Assembly: GCA_004557315.1 (NCBI GenBank)
Contig: SFEH01000006.1
Coordinates: forward strand, 1-57,505
Source of the DNA: Bacteroidales bacterium
GTDB taxonomy: Bacteria; Bacteroidota; Bacteroidia; Bacteroidales; UBA3663
DNA length: 57,505 nucleotides
Direction: 5' to 3'
Shown: piece after piece, positions 43,749 through 53,327 of the stretch
How the letters are laid out: each line of letters opens with the position of its first letter
How positions within the stretch are numbered: the stretch's first letter is position 1
The notes under the pieces: generated by a model
Seen by the model: the letters and a program-made list of their open reading frames with translations, nothing else
What the model was told of the DNA's origin: nothing
The model's database searches: none
Made by a program: the position numbers and the translations under genes

Positions 43749-46589
43749 ATGCAGAAACGAATGCCAGAAGCTCCTGATTCGGGCAATATCATTGTCAAGG
43801 GAGCGAGGGTCAACAACCTCAAGAACATTGACATAGAAATACCGCGAGGCAAGCTCGTGGTAGTAACCGGATTGTCGGGCTCAGGCAAGAGCTCGTTGGC
43901 TTTCGACACTCTGTATGCCGAAGGTCAGCGTCGTTATGTCGAGTCGCTGTCGAGCTACGCGCGTCAGTTCCTCGGACGAATGGGTAAGCCAGAGTGCGAC
44001 TATATCCTCGGCATTCCTCCTGCTGTGGCAATCCAGCAGAAAGTCATCGTGCGCAACCCTCGCAGTACCGTTGGCACACAGACAGAGATCTATGACTATC
44101 TGCGTCTGCTCTTTGCCCGCATCGGCAAGACCTATTCGCCTGTGAGTGGCACATTGGTCAAGAAACACACGGTCAACGATGTTGTGGAACGTGCACAGTC
44201 ATTGCCCGATGGCACAAAACTGGCGCTCTTGGTCAAGGTCGATGTTCCTGAAGGACGCGACCTTGCCTATCATCTTGAAGTGCTCAAGAAGTCAGGGTTT
44301 TCAAGGGCCGAGTCAAACGGCAAGTTCATCCGCATCGAGGAAGTTGCTGCTGCTCCGTTTAACCTGGTCATCGACCGTATGATGGTTCCATTCGCTGATC
44401 AGGCAGCACTTTCGCGTTTTGCCGATTCAACCGAGACGGCATTCTTCGAAGGTAATAACGAACTTCTCCTCAAAGCGTGGCTACCGAATGGCAGCATCGA
44501 GGAGATACTGTTCTCAAAACGCTTTGAGGCTGATGGCATGACGTTCGACGAGCCTTCGGACATGATGTTCAACTTCAACTCGCCTGCCGGTGCTTGTCCT
44601 GAATGTGAAGGCTTCGGCAAGGTGATGGGCATCGACGAAGACTTGGTCATTCCAAACAAGTCGCTCTCAATAATGGAAGATGCCGTGATGTGCTGGCGTG
44701 GCGATAAGATGTCGGAATGGAAGAATGAATTCGTCGCACGGTGCCATGAGGTGCCATTGAGCAATGGCGAGCCTTTCCCTGTCCATCGCCCATATTATCA
44801 GCTCACACAGGAGCAGAAAGACCTGCTGTGGCATGGTTATCCTCCTATCCTTTACGGCATTGACGACTTCTTCAAGATGGTGTCCGACAACCTCTACAAG
44901 ATTCAGTATCGCGTGATGCAGGCTCGCTATCGTGGCAAGACTACTTGTCCGAAATGTCATGGCAGCCGTTTGAGGAAAGAGGCGGATTATGTCAAGGTGG
45001 GCGGCAAGTCGATAACGGAGCTGGTGCGCATGGCGGTCAAGGATCTCATTCCTTTCTTTAACGGCCTTGAACTCAACGAACACGATGCTGCCATTGCACA
45101 ACGCCTGCTCACAGAGATTCGCAGCCGACTGGAGTTCCTCGACGAAGTAGGACTCAATTACCTTACGCTCGATCGATTAAGCAATAGCCTGTCGGGTGGC
45201 GAGAGTCAGCGCATCAACCTTGCCACGCAGTTAGGCAGTGCGCTGGTCGGTTCAATGTACATTCTCGATGAGCCTTCCATCGGCCTTCATTCGCGCGACA
45301 CCAATCAGCTTATTGCGGTGCTCCGCAAGCTCCGCGACATGGGCAATACGGTCATCGTGGTCGAACACGACGAAGAGATCATCCATGCTGCCGACTACCT
45401 CATCGACATTGGCCCTGAAGCCGGACGCTATGGCGGAGAGATTGTATATCAAGGGCCTATCGTCGATATGCACCAGCAGAAACGCGAAGTTATCGACCGA
45501 AGCTATACTGCCAAATTCATTCTCGGCGAAGAAAAGATCGAGGCACCAGTCTGCCCTCGTCCTTGGAAAAAATATATTGAGGTGAAGGGTGCGGTACACA
45601 ACAATCTCAAGAACATCAACGTGCGCTTCCCGCTCGGAGTCATGACTGTCGTAACAGGCGTGTCGGGCTCTGGCAAATCGACTCTCGTGCGCGACATTCT
45701 CTATCGCAGTCTCATGCGCCATATGGGTGAAACAGCCGATGCGCCTGGTGCGTTCGCTGGTCTTGCGGGCGACATGACCGAGATTCAGAAAATCGAATTC
45801 ATCGATCAGAACCCTATCGGCAAGTCATCGCGCAGCAATGCTGCCACCTACATGAAGGCTTACGACGAGATACGCCGTGTCTTTGCCGAACAGCAGATGT
45901 CACGCCAGCTTGGCTTCACGCCTGCTACCTTCTCGTTCAATGTCGAGGGTGGGCGCTGTGAGGAGTGTAAGGGTGAAGGCACGATAACGGTCGAGATGCA
46001 GTTCATGTCGGACATCACCATGGAATGTGAGTCATGCCACGGCAAACGCTTCAACAGCGACGTGCTCGAAGTGCTTTACAATGGCAAGAACATTGCTGAC
46101 GTGCTCGAAATGAGTGTCGATGAAGCCATCGAGTTCTTTGCCAATGAGCCTCGCATCATCGAACGCCTCATGCCTCTTCATAAGGTCGGCTTGGGATACA
46201 TCAAGCTCGGACAGTCGTCGGCTACGCTTTCAGGTGGTGAGAACCAGCGCGTCAAACTCGCCTATTACCTTTCAGACATCGTAGCTCCAGCTTCAAGCCG
46301 CAGCAAGAACAACTGCCACACGCTGTTTATCTTCGATGAGCCGACCACGGGTCTGCACCTCCATGATGTGCGCATATTGCTTGAGTCGCTCAACCTGCTC
46401 GTCGAGCGAGGCAACACCCTCATCATCATCGAACATAACCTTGAGGTGATCAAGTGTGCCGACCATATCATCGACCTCGGTCCAGAGGGAGGAGAAAAAG
46501 GCGGCAACCTTGTCTTCCAAGGCACGCCAAAGGACTTGCTCTCCTGCTCTGACTCCTATACAGCCAAAGCTCTTAAAGCCATCCTATGA
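43749..46589 (+). CDS. uvrA: excinuclease ABC subunit A
   Basis: GLSGSGKSSLAFDTLYAEGQRRYVESLSSYARQFL is present, with two ABC modules and zinc-finger Cys pairs. The start is set at MQKRMPEA, because the ORF-track start at 43695 translates the repeat arm. Confidence 0.95.
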   Translation: MQKRMPEAPDSGNIIVKGARVNNLKNIDIEIPRGKLVVVTGLSGSGKSSLAFDTLYAEGQRRYVESLSSYARQFLGRMGKPECDYILGIPPAVAIQQKVIVRNPRSTVGTQTEIYDYLRLLFARIGKTYSPVSGTLVKKHTVNDVVERAQSLPDGTKLALLVKVDVPEGRDLAYHLEVLKKSGFSRAESNGKFIRIEEVAAAPFNLVIDRMMVPFADQAALSRFADSTETAFFEGNNELLLKAWLPNGSIEEILFSKRFEADGMTFDEPSDMMFNFNSPAGACPECEGFGKVMGIDEDLVIPNKSLSIMEDAVMCWRGDKMSEWKNEFVARCHEVPLSNGEPFPVHRPYYQLTQEQKDLLWHGYPPILYGIDDFFKMVSDNLYKIQYRVMQARYRGKTTCPKCHGSRLRKEADYVKVGGKSITELVRMAVKDLIPFFNGLELNEHDAAIAQRLLTEIRSRLEFLDEVGLNYLTLDRLSNSLSGGESQRINLATQLGSALVGSMYILDEPSIGLHSRDTNQLIAVLRKLRDMGNTVIVVEHDEEIIHAADYLIDIGPEAGRYGGEIVYQGPIVDMHQQKREVIDRSYTAKFILGEEKIEAPVCPRPWKKYIEVKGAVHNNLKNINVRFPLGVMTVVTGVSGSGKSTLVRDILYRSLMRHMGETADAPGAFAGLAGDMTEIQKIEFIDQNPIGKSSRSNAATYMKAYDEIRRVFAEQQMSRQLGFTPATFSFNVEGGRCEECKGEGTITVEMQFMSDITMECESCHGKRFNSDVLEVLYNGKNIADVLEMSVDEAIEFFANEPRIIERLMPLHKVGLGYIKLGQSSATLSGGENQRVKLAYYLSDIVAPASSRSKNNCHTLFIFDEPTTGLHLHDVRILLESLNLLVERGNTLIIIEHNLEVIKCADHIIDLGPEGGEKGGNLVFQGTPKDLLSCSDSYTAKALKAIL

Positions 46590-46635
46590 CCGCCTTTCAT
46601 CGAGAAAAGCCCCTCACCGTTCTTCTGACTTCCGG

Positions 46636-48012
46636 TCAGAAGAAAAGCAAGGTGATGCCATAAGCAACCACCGTCGAAACACCCACGCTCACCAGGCCTG
46701 GCATCATGAACGAGTGGTTGAGCAGGTATTTGCCAATTACTGTCGTACCCGAACGGTCGAAATTAACCGTGGCAATATCAGACGGATAGTTTGGAATGAA
46801 GAAATAGCCATAGACGCTTGGGAAAACACCGAGGAGCACTGGACCAGGGATGCCAAGCGAATAAGCCAAAGGAAGCATCGAGACAACAACCGCTCCCTGC
46901 GAATTGATAAGCACCGATACTGCAAAGAAAGCGAGCGAGATAGCCCAAGGATATGTCGCAACAATATCGCCCAAGCCTGCCTTCATCTCGTCCATATAGT
47001 TGCTGAAATAAGTGTCGGCAAGCCACGCAATGCCATAGATTGCCACTACAGCCACCATTCCCGACTGCCACACAGCACCACTGACGGCTTTCTTTGGCTG
47101 TGCCTTGGCAAGAATGACCATGAAGGCAGCTGCTGCTATCATCACAATCTGGATAATGATGTTCATCGCCAATGGCTTGACCACAGGATTGCCGTTGGCA
47201 TCGACACTGCCCGTAGCAAACAACGGACGGATGTCGCAGCCTGCTATCTGGCAGACAGAGAAAAGCACGATGACTCCTAATGCAGCAAGGAAGATATAGA
47301 CGGAAAGACGCGCCTCTTTCGACACTTCGCGGTCGAGCAGCGTTGCTGTGTTGCCATACATATATTTATAAGTCTCAGGATCGGCACAACGAGCCTGGAA
47401 CTTCGGATCCTTGTCGAGGTCAAGTCCGCGCTTGTAGCTAAAAGCCGATGCGCAGATGAGTCCGATGATGCTGGCAGGGATGGTGACTGCCACAACCTGG
47501 AGATTGGTCACCTCAAAGCCATTGGCAGACGAGATGACGACAAACGAGGCTACGGCGGCAGCAATCGGCGAACAGGTAATACCCAGCTGAGATGCTATGC
47601 TTGCCACACCACAAGGACGTTCAGGACGTATGCCTTTCTTGAGTGCAATATCGCAGATGATTGGCATCAGCGTATATACCACATGGCCAGTGCCCACCAT
47701 GACAGTGAGAAAGAAGGTGCAGAGCGGGGCAAGGAAAGTGATTGAGCCTGGATTTCGGCGCAACAGCCGTTCAGCAAGCTGTATCATCCAATCCATACCA
47801 CCCGATGCCTGAAGCATTCCAGCACATGTCACAGCTGCAATGATAATGTAGATGACATCGGTCGGTGGAGTGCCAGGTTTCATCTGAAAACCGAACACAA
47901 GAATAGCAAGGCCAATGCCCGAAATTGCTCCTAAAGCAAGACTGCCATAGCGCGAACCCATATAGAGCGCAAGTAGGATGACGAAGAGTTCGACAATCAT
48001 TATTACATCCAT
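46636..48012 (-). CDS. anaerobic C4-dicarboxylate transporter (DcuA/DcuB family)
   Basis: It is 458 aa and polytopic. The N-terminus VELFVILLALYMGSRYGSLALGAISGIGLAILVF resembles Dcu-family N-termini. Confidence 0.85.
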   Translation of the reverse strand: MDVIMIVELFVILLALYMGSRYGSLALGAISGIGLAILVFGFQMKPGTPPTDVIYIIIAAVTCAGMLQASGGMDWMIQLAERLLRRNPGSITFLAPLCTFFLTVMVGTGHVVYTLMPIICDIALKKGIRPERPCGVASIASQLGITCSPIAAAVASFVVISSANGFEVTNLQVVAVTIPASIIGLICASAFSYKRGLDLDKDPKFQARCADPETYKYMYGNTATLLDREVSKEARLSVYIFLAALGVIVLFSVCQIAGCDIRPLFATGSVDANGNPVVKPLAMNIIIQIVMIAAAAFMVILAKAQPKKAVSGAVWQSGMVAVVAIYGIAWLADTYFSNYMDEMKAGLGDIVATYPWAISLAFFAVSVLINSQGAVVVSMLPLAYSLGIPGPVLLGVFPSVYGYFFIPNYPSDIATVNFDRSGTTVIGKYLLNHSFMMPGLVSVGVSTVVAYGITLLFF

Positions 48013-48089
48013 GGTCGTTTATTTTTCTAACAAGTTTTATTATCCTGATTTTGATGGTTAATTTATGCTTTTAATATATTAATAATGTG

Positions 48090-48097
48090 CAAAGATA
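48090..48097 (-). promoter_or_regulatory. TAnnTTTG box (TATCTTTG on minus strand) for the Dcu gene
   Basis: The plus-strand sequence CAAAGATA lies 78 nt upstream of the ATG at 48012. It is divergent from the box at 48141. Confidence 0.35.
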
Positions 48098-48140
48098 ATG
48101 TTTTTCTCTTAAATTGTTTGCCTTTACGATAATATATTGC

Positions 48141-48148
48141 TATCTTTG
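48141..48148 (+). promoter_or_regulatory. TAnnTTTG box (TATCTTTG)
   Basis: It lies 35 nt upstream of the ATG at 48183. Confidence 0.5.
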
Positions 48149-48182
48149 TGCGAAAAATCAACAAATAATCAAACAAAAAAAA

Positions 48183-49211
48183 ATGAAAATGACATTATTA
48201 TCTTGTGCAACTATCGCAATGCTGACTGCTTGCACTTCTGCCCCTAAGACCGAGTATGTGATCAATGGTTCTGCCGAAGGTTTCGAAGATGGTACAACCG
48301 TCATACTGTTCGATCCAGCCAACCGTGACACAATGGCTACTGCCCAGCTCACTAATGGCACATTCTCATTCAATGGTCAGGCTGATTCGGTCAAGGCTGT
48401 CTATGCAATGATCGACCGCCGCCATGCTGCACAGGTCTTCATCGAACCTGGCACCATCGCAGCGGACCTCAACGAAGGAAAAGTCACAGGCACTCCTCTC
48501 AACGACGAACAGGCTGCTTTTGGCGAGAAAGCCAGCGCAATCTTCGCTGATGACAATGCTTCTGAGGCTGAGTATGTGGCCCTTCTCAAGGAGTACTACG
48601 AGCGCAACAAGGACAATGCTCTTGGAGCTAACATCTGGAACGACCTTGCTTACGAGCTTTCATATGACGAGATGTCGGCAATGCTCGAAACTGCACAGCA
48701 GGCCATTAAGGACAATCCTCGCAATGCCAAACTGCTCAAGGCCAAGCAAGCAGAGAAGAACACAGCTGCCGGACAGAAATTCGTTGATTTCGCAGCCAAG
48801 ACTGTAGATATCAAGAATGCCAAGAAAGATGGACTCGACACTACTCTCGGTGCAATCGTAGCACAGGGCAAGCCTGTCGTAGTGGATTTCTGGGCTTCAT
48901 GGTGCGGTCCTTGCCGCAATGAGATCAAGGAGTTCCTCTCTGTCTATGGTCCTGAATACAAAGGCAAGGTGAATTTCGTGGGTGTGGCTGTATGGGAAAA
49001 CAGCGTTGAGGACACAAAGAAGGCAATGGCAGAGCTCCCAATCTCTTGGCCTATCATCTTCGCCGGTGGCCGTGGGGAGGGTCCTACAGAAGAATATGGC
49101 ATAATGGGCATCCCTCACATCATGCTTATCGGTGCTGATGGCGTAATCAAGGCTCGTGGCATCCGTGGTCCAAAGATCAAGGAGGCAATCGAAGCAGAAC
49201 TGGCAAAATAA
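48183..49211 (+). CDS. TlpA-like thiol:disulfide oxidoreductase lipoprotein (thioredoxin fold)
   Basis: The lipobox is LTAC. The active site WASWCGPC is in the C-terminal thioredoxin domain. The start is set at MKMTLLSC. Confidence 0.85.
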   Translation: MKMTLLSCATIAMLTACTSAPKTEYVINGSAEGFEDGTTVILFDPANRDTMATAQLTNGTFSFNGQADSVKAVYAMIDRRHAAQVFIEPGTIAADLNEGKVTGTPLNDEQAAFGEKASAIFADDNASEAEYVALLKEYYERNKDNALGANIWNDLAYELSYDEMSAMLETAQQAIKDNPRNAKLLKAKQAEKNTAAGQKFVDFAAKTVDIKNAKKDGLDTTLGAIVAQGKPVVVDFWASWCGPCRNEIKEFLSVYGPEYKGKVNFVGVAVWENSVEDTKKAMAELPISWPIIFAGGRGEGPTEEYGIMGIPHIMLIGADGVIKARGIRGPKIKEAIEAELAK

Positions 49212-49217
49212 GCGGGT

Positions 49218-49622
49218 ATGCAGATTGAAGCGGAAGAACTGGCGGAACACGGCATACGTCCGACCTCTGTGAGGATTCTTGTGATGCGTGCCATCATGCA
49301 GCGCAAAGGCGCATTCTGCCTTTATGACATCGAAGCTGATGTCCCAACCCTCGACCGTTCGAGCATCTTCCGTGCCCTTCGCCTCTTCACTCAACATCAC
49401 CTGCTCCACGAGATCGACGATGGCTCTGGCTTCTGCAAATATTGCCTATGCCAATGCGAAGACCATGATCATCACCTCAACCACGTGCATTTCACATGCA
49501 TCAAGTGCGGAAAGACTTTCTGCATTGAAGACCAGAAGATTCCAGTCGTCGCTCTCCCTGAAGGTTTCGTGCAGGAAGAAGCAGAATATGTCATCAAGGG
49601 CATCTGTCCCGACTGCAAGTGA
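49218..49622 (+). CDS. Fur-family metalloregulator (Fur/Zur/PerR not distinguished)
   Basis: It is 134 aa with a winged HTH (RPTSVRILVM...SIFRALRLF), an HHLxH motif and CxxC...CxxC (CIKCG...CPDC). It lies 6 nt after the TlpA-like gene. Confidence 0.85.
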   Translation: MQIEAEELAEHGIRPTSVRILVMRAIMQRKGAFCLYDIEADVPTLDRSSIFRALRLFTQHHLLHEIDDGSGFCKYCLCQCEDHDHHLNHVHFTCIKCGKTFCIEDQKIPVVALPEGFVQEEAEYVIKGICPDCK

Positions 49623-49723
49623 TAAGAAAATATTATGATTGCAAGTGCGCTATTTTGCTCTTGGAGTATAAGGCTGAAACAACCTCCATACTTAGCACTT
49701 GTAAACATAGTGTTTAAAGACAA

Positions 49724-49766
49724 TAAACACCATACTTACGGTTGCTAAGTATGGTGTTTATTTTTT
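49724..49766. terminator. bidirectional intrinsic terminator between the convergent fur-family gene and trxB
   Basis: A 15-bp perfect stem pairs TAAACACCATACTTA (49724-49738) with TAAGTATGGTGTTTA (49746-49760). T6 follows on the plus strand and an A-rich flank lies on the other side. Confidence 0.8.
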
Positions 49767-49770
49767 GTTA

Positions 49771-50712
49771 TCAAAGTGTCTGTAGATAACGCTCTGCATC
49801 CATGGCTGCATGACATCCAGAACCAGCGGCAGAGATAGCTTGACGATAGAGTGGATCGGCTACATCGCCAGCAGCAAAGACACCTGGAATATTGGTGGCT
49901 GTGGTCGGATGCTTGACCTTGATATATCCTGCCTCATCACATTCTACGGCATGACGGAATACCTCTGTGTTTGGATGATGTCCGATGGCAAGGAAGAAAC
50001 CGTCGATATCGATGTCGAAACGCTCTTCATGATCAGTGCCCTTGCCTCGCACGAGATGTGCTCCTTCAAGTCCGTCTTCACCAAACAAGCCTTCGGTCTG
50101 GCACTCCCAGAGAATCTCGATGTTTGGAGTATCCTTGACACGCTGGGCACTCTTCTCACTTGCACGGAGAACATTGCGGCGCACAATCAGATAAACCTTG
50201 CGGGCAAGACCTGCGAGATAGGTTGCCTCTTCACAGGCTGTATCGCCACCACCTACTACAGCAACAACACGCTTGCGATAGAAGAAACCATCGCATGTGG
50301 CACAAGCAGAAACACCCATACCTGCATATTTCTTCTCGTCGTCAAGTCCAAGATACTTGGCAGAAGCACCAGTAGCAATGATGATGGTCTGTGCCTCGAT
50401 CACTGTGCCATCGTCAACATAGGCACGATGTGGCTTACCTGCATCTTCAGCGAAATCGACCTTAGTGATAAAACCGCTGCGAATATCAGCACCCAGCTTC
50501 AGGGCGTGATTGCGAATATTGTCCATGAGTTCAGGACCAGTAATGCCTTCTGGATACCCAGGGAAATTCTCAATCTCGGTGGTTTGCGTAAGCTGACCTC
50601 CCGAGAGCAAGCCCTCATAAACAACAGGTGCGAGACCGCTGCGGCAAGCATATATTGCGGCAGTATAACCAGCAGGGCCACTGCCAATAATCAAAACTTT
50701 TACCATAGACAA
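49771..50712 (-). CDS. trxB: thioredoxin-disulfide reductase
   Basis: It has GSGPAGYTAA (FAD), the redox-active CATCDG and GGGDTACEEA (NADPH). Confidence 0.95.
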   Translation of the reverse strand: MSMVKVLIIGSGPAGYTAAIYACRSGLAPVVYEGLLSGGQLTQTTEIENFPGYPEGITGPELMDNIRNHALKLGADIRSGFITKVDFAEDAGKPHRAYVDDGTVIEAQTIIIATGASAKYLGLDDEKKYAGMGVSACATCDGFFYRKRVVAVVGGGDTACEEATYLAGLARKVYLIVRRNVLRASEKSAQRVKDTPNIEILWECQTEGLFGEDGLEGAHLVRGKGTDHEERFDIDIDGFFLAIGHHPNTEVFRHAVECDEAGYIKVKHPTTATNIPGVFAAGDVADPLYRQAISAAGSGCHAAMDAERYLQTL

Positions 50713-50751
50713 TGTTATTTAGCAATAAGATATTTTGTTTGTTTATAGTTG

Positions 50752-53304
50752 TCAACGATTTTTCAGATCGGCGATGATGTTCTGCAACTCGCTTTCTGAA
50801 TCGATAAGGACAGCGCGGGCTTTTGAACCTGTATAAGGGCCAACAATGCCTGCTGCCTCAAGCTGGTCCATGATGCGTCCTGCACGGTTGTAGCCAATCG
50901 AGAACTTACGCTGTATCATCGACGTACTGCCCTGGCCAGTTGCTACAACAAGTTCAGCTGCCTCATCAAACATCGGGTCAAGCTGTCGCAGATCAACACC
51001 TCCACCCTGTCCGCCATCATCGGCAGCACCTTCTCCAAGCGGAGGATCAGGCAAGATGAAGGCAGTAGGATAAGCCTGCTGCTGAGCAATGAAGCGGTTG
51101 ATGGCATCGACCTCTGGAGTATCGACAAAAGCACATTGAACTCGCACAGGAGCATTGCCCGTAGAGAAGAGAAGGTCGCCTCGACCGATAAGGTTCTGAG
51201 CTCCACTCTGATCAAGAATAATGCCTGAATCGACAGCCGAAGCCACGCGGAAAGCGATGCGGGCTGGGAAGTTGGCCTTGATGGTACCAGTGACAATCTT
51301 GGTCGATGGTCGCTGTGTGGCAATGATCATGTGAATACCCACGGCACGTGCCTTCTGAGCAATACGTGCGATAGGGAGCTCAATTTCCTTGCCAGCTGTC
51401 ATGATGAGATCACCATACTCGTCAATCACTACCACAATGTAAGGAAGATAGTGATGATGCACACCTTCGCGGCTACCCATAGCCGCCTTGATCACCTTGG
51501 TAGGATTCAACTCACGGTTGATGAACTTCGCATTATATTCCTTGATATTGCGCAACTCAGCATCCTTAACTAATGCATAGCGGTCTTCCATCTCTACACA
51601 GAGACTCTGGAGAGTGGCAACGACTCGCGACACGTCGGTAATGATTGGCTCTGGCTCATCGCCCAGCTTTGCCAGGTAATGCTTCTCGATACGGCTATAG
51701 ATTGAGAACTCTACCTGTTTAGGATCGACCAGTACAATCTTGAGCTGCGATGGATGCTTCTTATATAATAATGAAGTGAGTATGGCATTCAAGCCGACCG
51801 ACTTACCCTGACCAGTAGAACCTGCAACGAGAAGATGCGGCATCTTGGCAAGGTCGAAAGTGAAGACCTCGTTGGTAATGGTCTTGCCAAGTGCTACTGG
51901 CAGTTCCATCTTCGACTCCTGGAACACCTTGCTCGTTATGCACGAATGCATCGACACTGTCTGTGGATCGCGGTTTGGCACCTCGATACCGATGGCAGCC
52001 TTACCTGGTATTGGTGCGATGATGCGCACACCCGAAGTTGCAGCAATGCACATGGCAATCTCATCTTGCAGGTTACGCACCCTGCTGATCTTTGTTCCCG
52101 TCTCAAGCACTATCTCAAAGAGAGTGATGGTAGGACCAACCATGGCTGTGATACTCTGTATCTCGATTCCATAGTCGCTGAGAGTCTGACGGATCTTCTC
52201 TTTATTGGCATTCTGCTCCTCCATGTCGATTGGTACGGTCTGAGCATATTGCTTGAGCAGATCGAAGGTCGGGAACTTATAATACTCGAGATCCTTGGTC
52301 GGATCGTAAGGCACAAACTGCTTGTCAGATGTTTCTGTTTCTGGAGCAGCCACTATTACATCTTCGTCATGGACTGGCAGTTCTTGCGGCTCTTCTGGTT
52401 CTGCAACAGGCTCAATAGGTGTCTGAACCTCAAGTTCAGGCTCTGGGTCGGATGCCCAATCGTCGGCAGAAGAGAAAATCTCCCCAGTTTCGACATCGAC
52501 AGTCTCCGTATCGTTCAGAGCAGCCTGTGCTTCCTCTTCTTTTCTCAAGCGTTCAGCTTCTGCTTCCTCTGCTGCCTTCTTTGCTGCGGCCTTTTCTGCT
52601 TCAGCAGCAGCCTTTGCCTCGCGCTTTGCCTTTCGCTCAAGAGCCTTGCGGCGCAAGGTGGCAAAAGGAACCTTGAACCATCCTCCAAACAGCGAACGGG
52701 TGCTGTCGATGGTTGTGCGGTTGTAAGAAGAGAGACACAGAAGGATGAACAGCACAGCAAGAACAAGAACAGTGCCCGTCCAGCCTACATTAGCATGAAG
52801 AAGCTGAGAAAGGTCATAGCCATGATGACCGCCAAGATAGATGAACGAAGAGTCTAAGCTGAAAATATTTGACACTACACCAAGTGTTGCCGAGAGCCAG
52901 ATACTCCAGGCCGAATAGCGCAGGAAAATCCATCCAAGCGAACGGAGAGAAAGATCCTTTATCAGTCTATAGCCGATGCGGAACATCAGGATGACAAAGA
53001 GGAAAGCCGCAACTCCTATCCACTGATTGATACAGTATTCGGCTGCGAATGCGCCAAATGAGCCTGTCCAGTTGCTGATGCCATTGCCCTGACGGAGAAT
53101 CTCTCCAGCCGAGAGGTTCTCTATGATTGCCTGATCGCTCTTTCCTGTGAAGAAAAACGACAGGAACGCCATCATAAGGATAGCTGCGACAAGTAGAAGT
53201 AGCAGACCGAAAACGAAGCGTGTCACCTCACTGCGATAAAACGTCAAGATGCGTGACGGCTTCTTCGGTGCCTTGTTTTTTGATGTAGTTTTTTCTTTTG
53301 CCAT
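50752..53304 (-). CDS. ftsK: DNA translocase FtsK
   Basis: It has N-terminal TM helices, an acidic/Ala-rich linker, the motor Walker A GSTGQGKSV and the gamma domain STSMIQRKFSIGYNRAGRIMDQLE. Confidence 0.95.
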   Translation of the reverse strand: MAKEKTTSKNKAPKKPSRILTFYRSEVTRFVFGLLLLLVAAILMMAFLSFFFTGKSDQAIIENLSAGEILRQGNGISNWTGSFGAFAAEYCINQWIGVAAFLFVILMFRIGYRLIKDLSLRSLGWIFLRYSAWSIWLSATLGVVSNIFSLDSSFIYLGGHHGYDLSQLLHANVGWTGTVLVLAVLFILLCLSSYNRTTIDSTRSLFGGWFKVPFATLRRKALERKAKREAKAAAEAEKAAAKKAAEEAEAERLRKEEEAQAALNDTETVDVETGEIFSSADDWASDPEPELEVQTPIEPVAEPEEPQELPVHDEDVIVAAPETETSDKQFVPYDPTKDLEYYKFPTFDLLKQYAQTVPIDMEEQNANKEKIRQTLSDYGIEIQSITAMVGPTITLFEIVLETGTKISRVRNLQDEIAMCIAATSGVRIIAPIPGKAAIGIEVPNRDPQTVSMHSCITSKVFQESKMELPVALGKTITNEVFTFDLAKMPHLLVAGSTGQGKSVGLNAILTSLLYKKHPSQLKIVLVDPKQVEFSIYSRIEKHYLAKLGDEPEPIITDVSRVVATLQSLCVEMEDRYALVKDAELRNIKEYNAKFINRELNPTKVIKAAMGSREGVHHHYLPYIVVVIDEYGDLIMTAGKEIELPIARIAQKARAVGIHMIIATQRPSTKIVTGTIKANFPARIAFRVASAVDSGIILDQSGAQNLIGRGDLLFSTGNAPVRVQCAFVDTPEVDAINRFIAQQQAYPTAFILPDPPLGEGAADDGGQGGGVDLRQLDPMFDEAAELVVATGQGSTSMIQRKFSIGYNRAGRIMDQLEAAGIVGPYTGSKARAVLIDSESELQNIIADLKNR

Positions 53305-53327
53305 ATAAAAGAGAAATATATGTTTGA

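Noticed and set aside
46621-46643. 9-bp hairpin between uvrA and the Dcu gene considered as a bidirectional terminator.
   Set aside because: No U-tract is present on either strand and the 3' arm overlaps the Dcu stop codon. The support is too weak to annotate it.
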